Assembly (NCBI GenBank): GCA_977017645.1
Contig: OZ360219.1
Coordinates: forward strand, 275,156,001 to 275,220,000
Direction of reading: 5' to 3'
Source of the DNA: Torpedo marmorata
Taxonomy: Eukaryota
Length of the DNA: 64,000 nt
Shown here piece after piece: positions 25,400 through 38,644 of this stretch. The position numbers and the translations under genes are program-made. Under the pieces are notes generated by a model. That model was not told the DNA's origin and ran no database searches. It worked only from the letters and a program-made list of their open reading frames with translations. The first letter of the stretch is position 1, and each line of letters starts with the position of its first letter.

Positions 25400-25509
25400 T
25401 AGCCCGTGCCGCCCAATTAACCTACACCCCCGGTACGTACACGTGGACCGAAATGGCCTGTTACGGTGCTGTATGTCTAAATTAAAAATTAAAAGGTTGC
25501 CCACCCCTG
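25400..25509. mobile_element. hAT MITE made of V-SINE tail sequence, left end missing
   Basis: Right end AAAAGGTTGCCCACCCCTG; the interior matches 53515-53624. Confidence 0.7.
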
Positions 25510-25809
25510 CACTAGTCATAGAGTCATAGTGTGGTACAGGCCCTTTGTCCCAACTCGTCCATACCGACCAAGTTCGCATTCTAGGCTTGTCCCATTTGTC
25601 TGTATTTGGATCAGAAGGGGGGGGGGAATAAGGATTATGGGTAGATCAGTGTAAATGGATGCTTGCTGACTGACATGAACTGGGCTGAAGGGCCTGTTGC
25701 CATGCTGTATGGCTATGGCTAAATTAGTTTAACCCTCCTCTTATAGCATTAATTCAGTTATGATGCTTGATAAAAACATTTGGATAAATATACATCTTGC
25801 TTCCTCTGT

Positions 25810-25968
25810 GGAGCTATCAATTGCAACATTCAAAAAAAAAAAGATGAGTACGTGGATAGGGAAGGTTTCATAGGACATGCGACAAATGCAAGCAAATGGG
25901 ACAAGCTTGGGTAGGCAGCTTGGACCAGTTGGGTTGCAGGGCTTGGTTGCATGCTGTAAAACTCTGAC
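25810..25968 (+). mobile_element. CR1 LINE 3' tail
   Basis: GCAACATTCAA...GTGGATAGGGAAGGTTT...GGACCAGTTGGGTTGCAGGGC pattern. Confidence 0.55.
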
Positions 25969-28089
25969 TTTGTGCATTTCGTTGAGCATCTTCACTGATT
26001 TTCAACTCCCAAAGAGTAGAATATTGGCTATAATGTCATTCTGTTTCCTTCCCACACCCTTGATATGCAAGATTATTTTATTGCACATTTTTCTTGTGAC
26101 TTTCCAATCCAGAAATTATCCACGGCTCCAAGTTGGCATCATTTCCTTTGAATATACAATGCATTCATAACAAATATACTCATGTAAAGTAGAAGTGTGT
26201 GTGCGTGCATCTGTGTAGATTGCACTTTTGACGATATGTGCATGCACCTATTTGTTGTGTGTGTGCACACTTGTTTATTGTACACATTGTAAAATCAGTG
26301 CATGAAAATCGTCTGTGCTTTATTCAAAGTTGTACAATTGAATTCTCATGAGTGAATTGCATTACGAGGAATAAAAACTAAAATTGCTTCTCCATAGTGT
26401 CTATCGCATCTATAAAATGGTCCAACTTAAACCAATGCAGCATCCATTTTGCATATTGAAAAATTCCAAGCATTATATTAGGATCAGATATTTTTCATGC
26501 TGATTCAGAGATGAACAGTGAGAGCTGTTAGTAAACGTGTATTGCCAAATTATCTTGACACAATGAAGATGGGGTCTCAAATTAATATAATCGAACTCAT
26601 TCGGTACTGCACCAGAAGGCAATGTTAGTGTTAGTTTTTAGCCTGTTGATCTCTTGAACCAAGATGTTACCAGCTGGACTAAAACTACTGTGTCATCTTT
26701 AGGACACAGAAATAATTTTCTTGCAATTTTATCAGTTGATACATTTGTTTTTAATTGGTGCACATGAGTTTTTTTTAGGAGTTTTGAGTTTTAGCATCAA
26801 TTTTGATCATGGCAATTAAAATCTAAGCTTTGGTTGCTTCTTGCAAAATAGTTCCCTACGGCTATGGCATCTTCTATATTTCCTAAGTATGGGAAAAATA
26901 TTGATGTCTTGGTCATCTGTACCTGAAATTGCAACAATGATTGTTGGTTAGTGATCGAGCAGGAAACAAACCTCACCCAATTGAAATACCCCTATTGCCA
27001 CTTGGACTGAAATTAGCTAACTCCATAAAGAATCTGGTTTAATTTTTGGGCCTCCATGATTTATGTGGCACAGCAACATGCGAGAGTCTGAGTGAAGGAT
27101 TTGATTGATGCTTCAGTACTGAACCTGTTCCACATGTTTACTCGACATGCTGAAGGACAGTGGAGATTTCCTTCCGCTCTCTAGCTTCAACCTAGGGTTT
27201 CATCATTTTGTGCTGGTGTCCCTTGTTCTTTGTTCACTGACAATTAACTAGCCTGCTTGCCTCTGCCTTTCAACATTTTTAAGTAACAGGACCATGTCTC
27301 CTGTGACTCTTGACTGAAAACCAGCTTATTTCTTTGAGTGTCTATTCTTAGTTTCAGTTCTCATGTGCCATAATCATTCTGAATGTTTTAAGTGTGACCA
27401 TACTATCTTCATATCTTAAGATCAAATTCTTTATTACCTGCATAAATGCCGATCATATTGTTGATCATAAAGAAGTTTTGAGAAATAGGAGTTTATTGGA
27501 TGTCAAAATGATGGCTATTGAAATCTCCAGGGCAGTTATTAAGGTACTGATGTAAGAAAAAAATATTTACTTGCTGTCCTATATGGTTGATTCCAAATGC
27601 CAGTACAATATTGACATGATTATTTATAATCCTCAAAGGCCATCTTACAGATGGTAGTGTTTCTGACAGCAAAAACAGATCATAAAGATTGCTTCATTGA
27701 AACTGGAAGATAGCTTTTTAGTGTTTGTTTCATGTGGAAGTTACATCAGAGTATTGGAATTTAGGAATGAATAAAGATCTTTTATCCTATCCAGTTGATT
27801 CTGCTTGATACACATGTGAAGACTGTTGAGACAATTAAATGGAAAAAAAAAACATTTGTAAGACAAGGCCTATGGAGAAATTACATGTGATTAGAGCATT
27901 TTCTTAAGTTCAAATTTAATTCCACCCCTTCTGCCCTGTGAAAAATCTTGATGTGCTCAGAGTTTGATTTTGCTTCACAATTGTTTTTTATTTCAACCTC
28001 CCTGAACTTCATATTGATTAATTGCAGGATGGATTTATGAATGGGTAATATATTTTATAATTGGTTATTGTATTTTGGATATTAACGTT

Positions 28090-28582
28090 TTAAGTTCGTT
28101 TATTATCACATGCACAAGATGCAGTAATAGAGGTTGTTTTGTGAGCAACCAGTTTCTGCATCTCATACACAAGTACAACAAGTAAGACACTGTACAAAAG
28201 TGCAGACTTACAGGGAGAGAGATCAATTGGTATAGAGCAAAGGCAACATCATTTTACTATTGTGATGTCCATTCAGGAGCCCGATTACCGCAGGAAAGAA
28301 ACTGTCCTTGTATTTGGTGACGCTTGACTTCATACTTGTGAATCTTATTCCCGGTGGGAGGGAGGTGCAGAAAGTCTGGCCGGAATGGGATGAGTCTTTT
28401 AATATGTTGGCTGTTTTTCCAAGGCAAGTGGGAGTTGTAGATGGAGGGGAGGGAGATACGTGCGTTGGCCTGAGCCACATTCACAACCCTCTGCTGTTTA
28501 TTGCAGTCTTGAGTGGAGAACGTCCCATACAGCGCAGTGATGCCCACTGATAGGATGTTATCATTGGTGCCCTTGTAAAAGT
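28090..28582 (-). mobile_element. Older Rex1-like LINE 3' fragment
   Basis: Peptides QDCNKQQRVVN, ILKDSSHSGQ, KDSFFPAVI. Confidence 0.7.
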
Positions 28583-28583
28583 T

Positions 28584-30460
28584 CAGAATCAGAATCAGAA
28601 TTTATTGTCATGAACAAGTCATGAAATTCGGTTTTTTGCAGCAGCATCATAGTGCAAACATTCATATTATAACCATCTTACGACATTACCATAAAAAAGT
28701 AGAAATAATAGTGCACGAAAAGTAAGGTAGTGTCTTTGGTCATTGATTATTCAGGAATCTGATGGCAGCGGGGAAGAAGCTGTCCTTGTGCCGTTGAGTG
28801 CTCGACTTTAGGCTCCTGTACCTTTTTCCCGATGGTAGCAGAGTGAAGAGGGCATGGCCTGGGTGGTGAGGCTCTTTGAGGATAGAGGCTGCTTTTTTAA
28901 GACACCGTCTCGTGTAGATGTCCTCGATGGAGTGAAGTCTGGAGCCTGTGATGTCACAGGCCGAGTTAACAACCCTCTGGAGTTTATTCTTGTCCTGAGA
29001 GTTGATGCAACCAGCCAGAATGCTCTCCACGGTACACCTGTAGAAGTTTACGAGAGTCTTCGGTGACATACCGAATCTCCTCAGACACCTCATAAAATAT
29101 AGCCGCTAGCGAGCCTTCTTGTGATTGCATCAACGTGGAGGCTCCAGGACAGATCCTCGAAGATGTTGACACCCAGGAATTTGAAGTTCTTGACCCTCTC
29201 CACTACTGAGCCCTCGATGAGGACTGGGTCGTGTTCCCCTGACTTCCTTCTGAAGTCCACAATCATCTCCTTGATTTTGATGACTTTGAGCGCAAAGTTG
29301 TTGTTGTTACACCATTCAACGAGCTGATCTATCTTCCTCCTGTACGCTTCCTCATTGCCGTTTATGATTCTGCCGACAACTATGGTGTCATCGGCAAACT
29401 TGTAGATGGCATTGGAATTGTGCCTGGCCACACAGTCATGGGTGTATAACGAGTAGAGCAGTGGGATAAGCACGCATCCTTGGGGTGCGCCTGTGTTGAT
29501 AATCCGTGAGGAGGAGACGTTGTTTCCAATTCGTACTGACTGTGGTCTTCCGATGAGAAAGTCAAGGATCCAGTTGCAGAGTGGGGTACAGAGGCCGAGA
29601 GTTTGTAGCTTCTTGACCAGTACTGAAGGAATAATGGTATTGAAGGCCGAGCTGTAGTCGATGAAGAGCAGCCGTATGTATGAATTGCTGTTTTCGATGT
29701 GATCCAGAGCTGAGTGGAGAGCTAGCGATATTGCATCTGCTGTGGAGCGATTGTGATGATAGGCAAAATGCAGTGGGTCCAGATCTTTGCTTAGGTACGT
29801 GTTAATTCTGGCCATGACCAGCCTCTCAAAGCATTTCATCACAATAGAAGTTAGTGCTACTGGGCGGTAGTCATTGAGGCAGCACACACTACTCTTCTTG
29901 GGTACCAGGATGATTGATGCCCTTTTGAAGCAGGTGGGAACCTCTTACTGCCGCAATGAGAGGTTGAAAATGTCCCTGAACATTCCGGCTAGTTGGCTCA
30001 GATTTTCAGTACCCTGCCAGGTACGCCGTCAGGGCCTGACGCCTTGCGAGGGTTCACCCTCTTGAATGATGTTCTGACGTCGCCCTCAGAGACAGATATC
30101 ACAGGGTCCTCAGCATTTTCAGGGATTCTAGTAGGCACTGTTTGGTTCTTCTTCTCAAAGCGGGCATAGAAGGTGTTCAGCTCATCGGGTAGTGAAGCAT
30201 CACAGCCGTCTATAGTGTTCACCTTCGCTTTGTAGGCTATAATGGCCTGCACTCCCTGCCATAGCTGGCATGTATCTGTCTCTAACTTCCTCCGGAATTG
30301 CCACTTTGCTTCAGAGATGGCCTTCCACAGGTCGTGCCTGGACTTCTTGTAAAGATCCCGATCCCCGGCTTAAATGCCCTTGTTCTCGCCCTCAGCAGGT
30401 TGCGAATTCTCTGATTCATCCAGGGCTTCTGGTTGGGGAACACCCGGTATTTGCGCAGGT
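28584..30460 (-). mobile_element. Rex1/Babar-type LINE, 1.9 kb including the RT domain (frameshifted)
   Basis: RT motifs [41 protein letters not shown] (ORF 29090-29887); upstream KASGPDGVPGR and NQKPWM; (TTCTGA)n tail. Confidence 0.92.
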
Positions 30461-30534
30461 GATGCGCCAAATTTTCTCAGGCTTCTGAGGAAGCAGTGGC
30501 ATTGATATGTTTTAATGGCCATTATATCGACAAG

Positions 30535-31062
30535 AGGTAAAACACAAATGTCTGCAGATGCTGTGATTGAAGTGAAAACACAATGCTGGAAAAACTCAGC
30601 AGGTGAAACAGAGTACTTTATATAACAAAGATAAAGATACATAACCAACGTATCGGGCCTGAGCCCTTCATCAAGGTATGAGCAAAATGTAGGCGGCCAC
30701 CTGAATAAAATGGCGGGGGGGAAGGAGCAGGGGGAGGAGCACAGGCCCACATGCAAGAGGTAATAGCTGGATAAGGGAGGGAGGGCACAACAGCAAACAG
30801 GGGGAGAGGGGATGGCTCTGTAAATAGAGAGGGAAGGCGGTGAAGAGCTGGAGAAAAGGAGGCAAAGAGATAAAGAGAGGGAGAACAGGGAGTGGTCTAG
30901 CAGAAACTGGAGAAGTCGATGTTAATGCCATCCGGTTGGAGAGTTCCCAGGCGGAATATTTGGTGTTGCTCCTCCAATTTTCAGATGGCCTTGGTTTAGC
31001 AGTGCATGAGGCCACAGACAGACATGTCGGCGCCGGAGTAGGGTGCAGAATTGAAATGGATT
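30535..31062 (-). mobile_element. Penelope-like element 3' relic
   Basis: Reverse complement matches 60770-61385 (GIY-YIG C-terminus LEEQH..F.LG.LQP.GIN, pyrimidine tract, TGATGAAGGGCTCAGGCCCG motif). Confidence 0.75.
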
Positions 31063-32953
31063 CCTGGATAACCCCTTCCTCTCTTTGAACATCCCAAAAC
31101 TATCTCCAAATGCGTCTGACACTCATTCACTTCATACCCCCTGTCTCTGCTCCACATGACCTTGCCCCTCCTCACTACCTACTGCACACTGTTCTCCATT
31201 CCCTGGCCCAAATCCTGCCCTTCTCTCTGTCTTTCCCCCTCTCCTCTTCCTTCGTTAACTCTTAACCTTCCTGTCCACCTTTCTTTCACCCAGATGTGAA
31301 ATCCAAGTCTTGGTACTCACCAATCCAGTTTTCTTGTAGGTCATACTCATGTTCATTATGTCCTTTTATCCTGCATCTGGATATCTATGGAGGGAGGAGG
31401 TGGAAAAGTGGAGTAGTGCGAAATTTGGGATCTGGAGCTGAGGGGTTGGAACCAACACCATTGGCAGAGTGTTTAGAATCCAGCAGTGAGCTGGGGGTTG
31501 GAATATAACATCCAGGTCAAAACGCTGAGCTACATATGGCCTGCCAATTGTTTTGTGTTAAGCATTGTTGATTTTGTAAAAAAATCACTCGTAATTTTTT
31601 TTTACCATTAGCAACATATTAATGCATTAAAAAATTAACCCATTAATTTGCATTTGTGTTGATTGCACATTTTAACAGTTATTAGCTGATGGACCAGGCA
31701 CTGATATTTTCTGTTGTAGAAACAAAATATGTGCTTTTCTTTAAAAAGGAAATATTTGAAGAACTGGTAAATAATAAGCTTGTGTCGAGTTAGTCCCTGA
31801 AAATTCACGGTAACAGCTGAGGTGGAAAGAAAGCATGTTTGATGCAGATCAATTCTACAGGTGATCTTTTGAAATATTTTGTGAAAGGGACACAAAATAT
31901 TTCTCATCAAATTCCATTTGTCATTGCTCAGAACACTTTCAGATCTTGCGCACATTTATTTAATTCATCACCCTCTTGTGAACCTAAGTTAATAATTTAA
32001 TCCTTTTATCGACTGTTTTTGGTAAAAGCTGGTTTGGAATATACAGAATTCATTACTGAATGCAGTTATTTTGGTATTGCACTGAAAATGCACATCAAAC
32101 TGATGAAAAGATTTGGAGAAACCTTTAAAAACCTTTTAAAAATTTCAAGATTATGAAAGAGATTAGCAAGGTTAATAAGGGCAACTTGTTCAGTTTCATC
32201 AAGGTTTCAAATACCAGAGGGAATAAGTTCAAAAAGTAGGAAATTAAGAGAAAAGAGTAAAACTGTGCTTGACTTTTCAACATTAAAAATTGGAGTGTGG
32301 ATTGAGTTACCAGGAGACCAGATGTTGTTGGAAAGAAAAAGAAAAGAAGCCTGGATGCTGGGGTTAATTTGCAAGGGTTCATAACGGTTATTTCCCTAAT
32401 TTTAAGTTTTCTTGAGTTTTTCTTTTGTCTTTTTTTCCAAAGGAGAATAGCTGCTTGTTGTGCAATTACATAAATTGACTCTGCCCTGAGTTTCATGTTT
32501 GCTTACACTGGTTTCCACTATTTCATTCAACTGAAATCAAGTGCAAAAATAGCAAAATACTAAGTATAGATTATGTTTCGAATCACTCAAATTTTAGGTG
32601 ACTTGTAGTGGTTTAAGAAAGAGTTGAACATAAAATTATATGATAAGGGACAATTTATATTCAAATTCTTTTTTTAATTGTGATATCAAGCTCATTAATA
32701 CAAAATTAACTGACTCATACACCGTTTGAATTTACATGTACATTGCTACAAGGTTGATGTTTGAAACGTTATGTTCTCTACTCATATCTAAAATATGGGA
32801 CAGAACCCCTTGGATGGTACTATGTTGCTGATGTAAAATTCACTAGACTAATTTAATTTTGATCGACTTGATTAATTAATTTCCATTGGTTAGTTAGTAA
32901 AGTGAGATGTTGAAAAAGTCAAACTGATTTCAAAGTGCATGAATCCAAAATTG

Positions 32954-33214
32954 ATTTAAAATTTAAATTTAGACATACAGCATGGTAACAGGCCATTTCG
33001 GCCCACGAGTCCGTGCCGCCCAAATTACACCTAATTATCCTACACCCCCGGTACATTTTGAACGGTGGGAGGAAACCAGAGCCCTCGGGGAAAACCCACT
33101 CAGACACGGGGAGAACATACAAACTCCTTACAGACAACGCGGGATTCGGACCCCGGACCTGATCACTGGCGCTGTAAAGGCGTTACGCTAACTGCAACGC
33201 CAACCGTGCCGCCC
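32954..33214 (-). mobile_element. V-SINE, near full length
   Basis: Head, V-domain and tail all present on the minus strand. Confidence 0.85.
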
Positions 33215-33464
33215 TTTATTCCATCTTAAGTATTTTGAGTAGAAAGTAGCCGTTTTGCATCAGTGGGCATGCGATGCTAATTTAAATGTCACAAATTGAT
33301 TTCAAAACTGATTGAAATCAGTTAAAATAAATGGAATGAAAACTGGATGGTTCTATAAAGGGGAGGTGACCCTTTCTGCCTGATTGTTGCTCTTCCTTTT
33401 ACCATTAAAAAAAGTTGTGAATGCAGTATCTTCAGTTTTATTTGCAAATTATCAGTCATGAAGC

Positions 33465-34110
33465 AGGAAGTCCAAGACGTGGATAATGTCCATATTCGGC
33501 TGATAAGTGGCAAATCATATTCATGCTCGGCAAGTGTCAAACGAGAGCTACATCCAACGACCAACACTACATTGCCAAACCATCCATTGCTTGTCATTAC
33601 CTTCATTCCATCAAAGTTCTGGGAACATTGGGGAAACAGATTCTTAATTGGGCCAACCAAACAAATACCATGGCTACTAGACCGGATTGGATGCTGGGTA
33701 TTCTGCCTCTTAATTCCCCAAAGCCTTTCCACCATCTTAAAGGTGCAATGACACACTCTCCATTTGTCTGAATGAGGACTGCTCCCAACAATACAAAAGA
33801 ATGCAGACACCATCTTGGACAAAGCAGCCAGGTTGCTACTTAAAGCCTTCTGTCCCTTCGCACACACGCAGCATGCCAACAGTATGTGCAATCTTGTAAA
33901 GATTTCTTCAAAAACACTGCCCTAAACAGTGATCTATCTGGACCAATACTGTATACCAGTTGTCACCAGCACTGCTCCCATCAAGTATCAAATAATCCTT
34001 ACTTGGACATGTCTGACCATTCTGTCATTATCACTGAGTCAAAATACTGGCACTTCCCACCTTAGCAGTTGAGAGTGTCTTCACCACGTTCTGCCAATTT
34101 AGGAATGAGT
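33465..34110 (+). mobile_element. Ancient L2/CR1-group LINE RT C-terminal relic
   Basis: QDVDNVH..ADKWQIIF..KCQ resembles DLD.I..WA.KWQ..F...KC; highly decayed. Confidence 0.5.
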
Positions 34111-34112
34111 AA

Positions 34113-34360
34113 TTAAATTAAATTTTAAATTTACACGTATAGCACGGTAACAGGCCCTTTCAGCCCACGAGCCCTTGTCACCCATTTTCACCCAATTAAC
34201 CTACAACCCCCGTACTTTTTGAATGGTAGGAAGAAACCGGAGGAAACCCATGCAGACATGGGGAGAACGTACAAACTCTTTACAGACAGCTCTGGATTCG
34301 AACCCCGGTCACTGGCACTGTAACAGTGTTGCGCTAACTGCTATGCTAACTGTGCTGCCC
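34113..34360 (-). mobile_element. V-SINE copy
   Basis: Same family as 32954-33214. Confidence 0.82.
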
Positions 34361-37300
34361 CAAAATCCAATTCGCGTGGATTTTGCCAGAGTTGTTCATA
34401 TCTAACAATTAAATGAAAAATACTTCTTTCTGTTTTTTCATTCCCTTCTAATGCACAAAAAAATACAGGCTGGGGTTTATATTGTCAACTTGTTGAAAAT
34501 CTGGGATTTTTGTGTAAATTTTTAAATAACTGGCAATTTAACCCCCAAAATTGCTTGCCAAACACATCACAGAATGAAATGCTCATCTGCCCAGACGAGG
34601 GGTGAATCTACAGAATTATTTGATATGCACTGGTATGATGATGGATGAATGTCAAATTTCCCAGGCAGGCTGAGGAAAGTCTTCCCATTCCTGCTGAAAA
34701 TGTATGTAGTGTGACAGTTGGGTGAAGATGCCCACACTTGAATAGCCTGGTGACAAACTCTGTCTTGGCTAACATGGAACATTGGAGGTTTGCCAGTGCC
34801 TGTGGAGACGAATTGAAACTTCTGTTGCAGCCTTTCAGAGGAGAGAATAACTGTAGGAAGGCAAGAGAAATATAAAGACGTGTCCTTCTGCAGGTTTCAC
34901 TTTTCAATTGTTCCTCCCAACAGCACTTTAAATTTTCAGAAGAGGAACAATTGTAGGTAGTAAGTGGGAATCTGTTGAGAATTTTTAGTTTTGAAATTTA
35001 TTATTTTAAATGCCCCACCCTTTAACCATTCCTGTTTGAATTGCTCATGAATCATATATTTTGGCATATCCACAACAGGTTACAAATTAACAACATTTTG
35101 TTCGTCGGTGAGGAAGTTTATTTCAATTGATTGATTGTGTCCTGTAGGTCTGCTGTGCAGGTTTCATTTTTAGTGATTTAATTACCGTATATTTTTCAAA
35201 ACATCTGTAATGATTAAAATAATTTGAAAATTTTATAACTGGTGGCTTTTGAGTTATATAATAGTGCATGCCTTTGAGCTAGTAGGGACAGGTGTAGTAA
35301 CACACACCAAAGATTTCTTTTGTGGTGAAGAAGTTACTGTTTATATTTGTAATGTTGGTATTGTGAGTTTGTTTTGATTTCGCCCATTACGGTCAATTCC
35401 CTGGGTGAAAAACACAAACTGGAAATTTGGTATAACAATATAAAATGCTGGGATTGTTCAGCAGATCAGTCAGCAAATGAAATGAACAGGAGGAAATGCC
35501 GGTTTCTGATAAATGTATGCCATCTAATGTATAAACTTTTATTTTTGGTTGAAATACTTACATCAACTGTGCCTCATCAATGCAATTTATTACTGTTTAG
35601 TGCTAACTTTTGAATGTTTCTCAAATTATTTTCTCAATTCATTGATCATTACATTTGTAGTTTCCAATTGCCATTAATGAGATTGGAGGCAGTGAAAATG
35701 TTGTTAACTTTCACAGTTGTATTATTTTATTTTTCATTCAGATTTAGTGACCTTGTACTAATGCTTACCTGTCTTTCTAATGCTGTTGCCTGTTAAAATA
35801 TGCATAATTTAACATGTTCAAATGTCACCACAGTGAGATGTGTTTATTTTCTGGAGATAGAAAATTCATTGAAATCTTGGCTTCTTTTTTAATATGTCTT
35901 GCTTTGATGTCCCATTTGGTCACTTAAAGTTCATTTTTGTCAGAAAATGGCAAATAAATGGCAAGTTCACCTGTGATTATTGGAGGCAAAATTTAAGTTG
36001 TAATAATGTGGCATTATTACAACATATTAGTATGTCTTACTTTCGTAAATGTTTAAATAGACTCCTCTTGAATCAAGCACATTGAATCCAAACTTGGGAT
36101 TCTTAACGTTTTATCATTTCAATTTGGGTTCTCGTGGTGAGCCTCAAATTTTATTATTATCTTCGTTTGTTCTAACCATATATAAATTATTTTAATATTT
36201 CCAAAATCTATCTCAAAATGGTTCCACAGATCTGAGTTCCTTATAATACCAAATCATTTTTTAAAAATATTCATTTTACTCTGTCCTATAAAGTGCATTT
36301 TTTTAAAAGATGGTGGAAATTGAGGAATGGATATTTTATCTGCGTTCAATCTTGATGAAGTGGTCAGCATGCAAATTTAAAATGGATTTAAAACAAACTG
36401 ACAAATTCAATCAGCCTCTCGCTGGACAAGTATAGCAGCAATCAAACTTCACCCTTGTAATGGGGCTGATCCCCAACTTGCAGAGATTTGGCTGGGAAAT
36501 ATTGATGGAATTTGGAGACTGACAGCTGTGCATTCTAATGTCTTCAAGTTGAGGACAATTTTCTGTGACTTTTTAGTGTAATTATGAAGGAAGAAAAGCA
36601 TTTATTTCTAATAACAGCAAAAGTTTTGTGCAGTTAGTGTCTGGTTTTAGTTTTCCATCTTAACTCAGTTGGTTGGGTTTATATATTTTTTTCTGTCATG
36701 ACTGAGTGTGCTCAGGCTTGAAATATGAATTGAAGGAATCAAATTGCTCTCTTTAATGGTATGTTGATTTAATTTTTAAGCTTGATGGGCTAATTTCTAC
36801 CAAAATGAACAGTAAAATTCACTTTAAAACCCCATCCGGCTTTAGTAATATGTTGCTCTGTGTGCATGTGCAGTTATGAGCCTGCCATAGCTCATTGTAT
36901 GAGAGTGGGCTTCCAGCAATGCCAAAGGGTCTACTTAGAAATGTAGTGGATTCAGCTCTCTGGAAAGGTCATCGAAGATAAACGACACTTTTCTTCCAGG
37001 ATTTGGCAGTACCATGTAGCGGCCCTGTTGTCCCACAAAAAAACCAGCCAATAAGTTTTTGGAAGCTCAATACATAAATGATTAGTGAGATTTCTTGCTT
37101 TTTTGTAAGAAAGAAACGTTATTAAGCGAAGTTATCACATCTGTAGTGCTACCCATCGTTGTTCAGAGGATAATGTCATTTGAAAAGCATTTAACAAGAC
37201 AACAATGTCGTATTATTAGGAAGACTGGCCTGAGAATCAATTTGAATTTTCAGGTGTATCAGTGTATCACATCACACTATCTGTGGGAACATTCCACCTG

Positions 37301-38569
37301 GTTAGTTGGTTAAATTAAGTATAATGGAAATATTTTCATCACCAGTGATTATAAATACTGAATTACAAATACTTAGAAAATGGACATAAAATATAAGTCT
37401 GCACTGACAACTGTATTTTTTTTCTTCTAGTTTTCCAGCCAACCATTTTGATTTCATTTATTTTTGGTTTATTTTCTGATGACAATCAACATCTCTTGCT
37501 TTTTGTTGCTGTAACTAATTTTTCCAATTAAAGTAGTGCACTGAAATTTTATTGAGAAATCTGCCATTGACTTAATGTAGGATGTTTGAAACAAAAGATA
37601 AATTTTGAAAATCTGCCATTGTCTTGAGGCAGGATGTTTAAAAATATATACATTTTGAAAATGTATCTTGGGCATAACTTGCATTTTCATAAAGTGAATG
37701 CTTTTAATGTGTGATAAATACATTGAGTTATTCATTTAAATTCAGTTACAATATGCAGGCCTGAAATTTTAAAACTCACTCCCCAAATCCTGATGTGCTT
37801 CAACTTGAAGATGATAATTGCAAAAGTGATTTTGAAATTGTAATTTTAATATTTACACTTGTAAAAAATATGTATTGCACACTAATTACATAAACATTTT
37901 GTGCACCTCTATAACATTAATAAGAAGTAAAATTCTCTTTGGATATGAAATTTATCTGTAATATTTTCAAGGAAACCTTGCAGTAATAAGGAAAGTTCCA
38001 TTAATGTTTGCTGTCAGATTTGTGGCAACATCTGAGCTATTTGATCAATTTATACCCTGGTCACATGTTTCTAAGTGTCTGTTAGTCTGTATTTAAACTG
38101 TGAAAAAAATTGAAACTTTACATCGATTAAATAACTACCAGCATATTGTGGCTGAGGGCTACATTTGATATTTTGAACCTTCTCGAGATTTGCTTGGAAG
38201 ATGCATTGATAAAATTTGCATTCTCTACTGGGGAGGAGTTATCAGAGTTAGTAGAATATAATATCCCTGATATTATTATTCAAATTAATGAAAAATAAAA
38301 CTCTACTTGGTCACATTTCACATGGAAAAACCTTTGTAGCACTGAATGTTGCTTTTTCCTTCCATGCACACGTTGCTTTTCATTAATATAGTTATGATTT
38401 TTATTTCAGTAACTCCAAGTGTGGTAGAGTTATTCATATTTGAAGTTTGGACAGGTTTTCAATGTAGGATTTTTTTTCTTTTTAAATGAAGCAGTACTCC
38501 AGATACTTTAAGGTGATAATTTCCCAGTGAGTAAACATGAAGTATAAATGTGTGTTTATATATGGCACT

Positions 38570-38571
<2 letters not shown>

Positions 38572-38640
<69 letters not shown>
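38572..38640. repeat. (TG)n microsatellite, ~34 units
   Basis: Directly visible. Confidence 0.98.
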
Positions 38641-38644
<4 letters not shown>
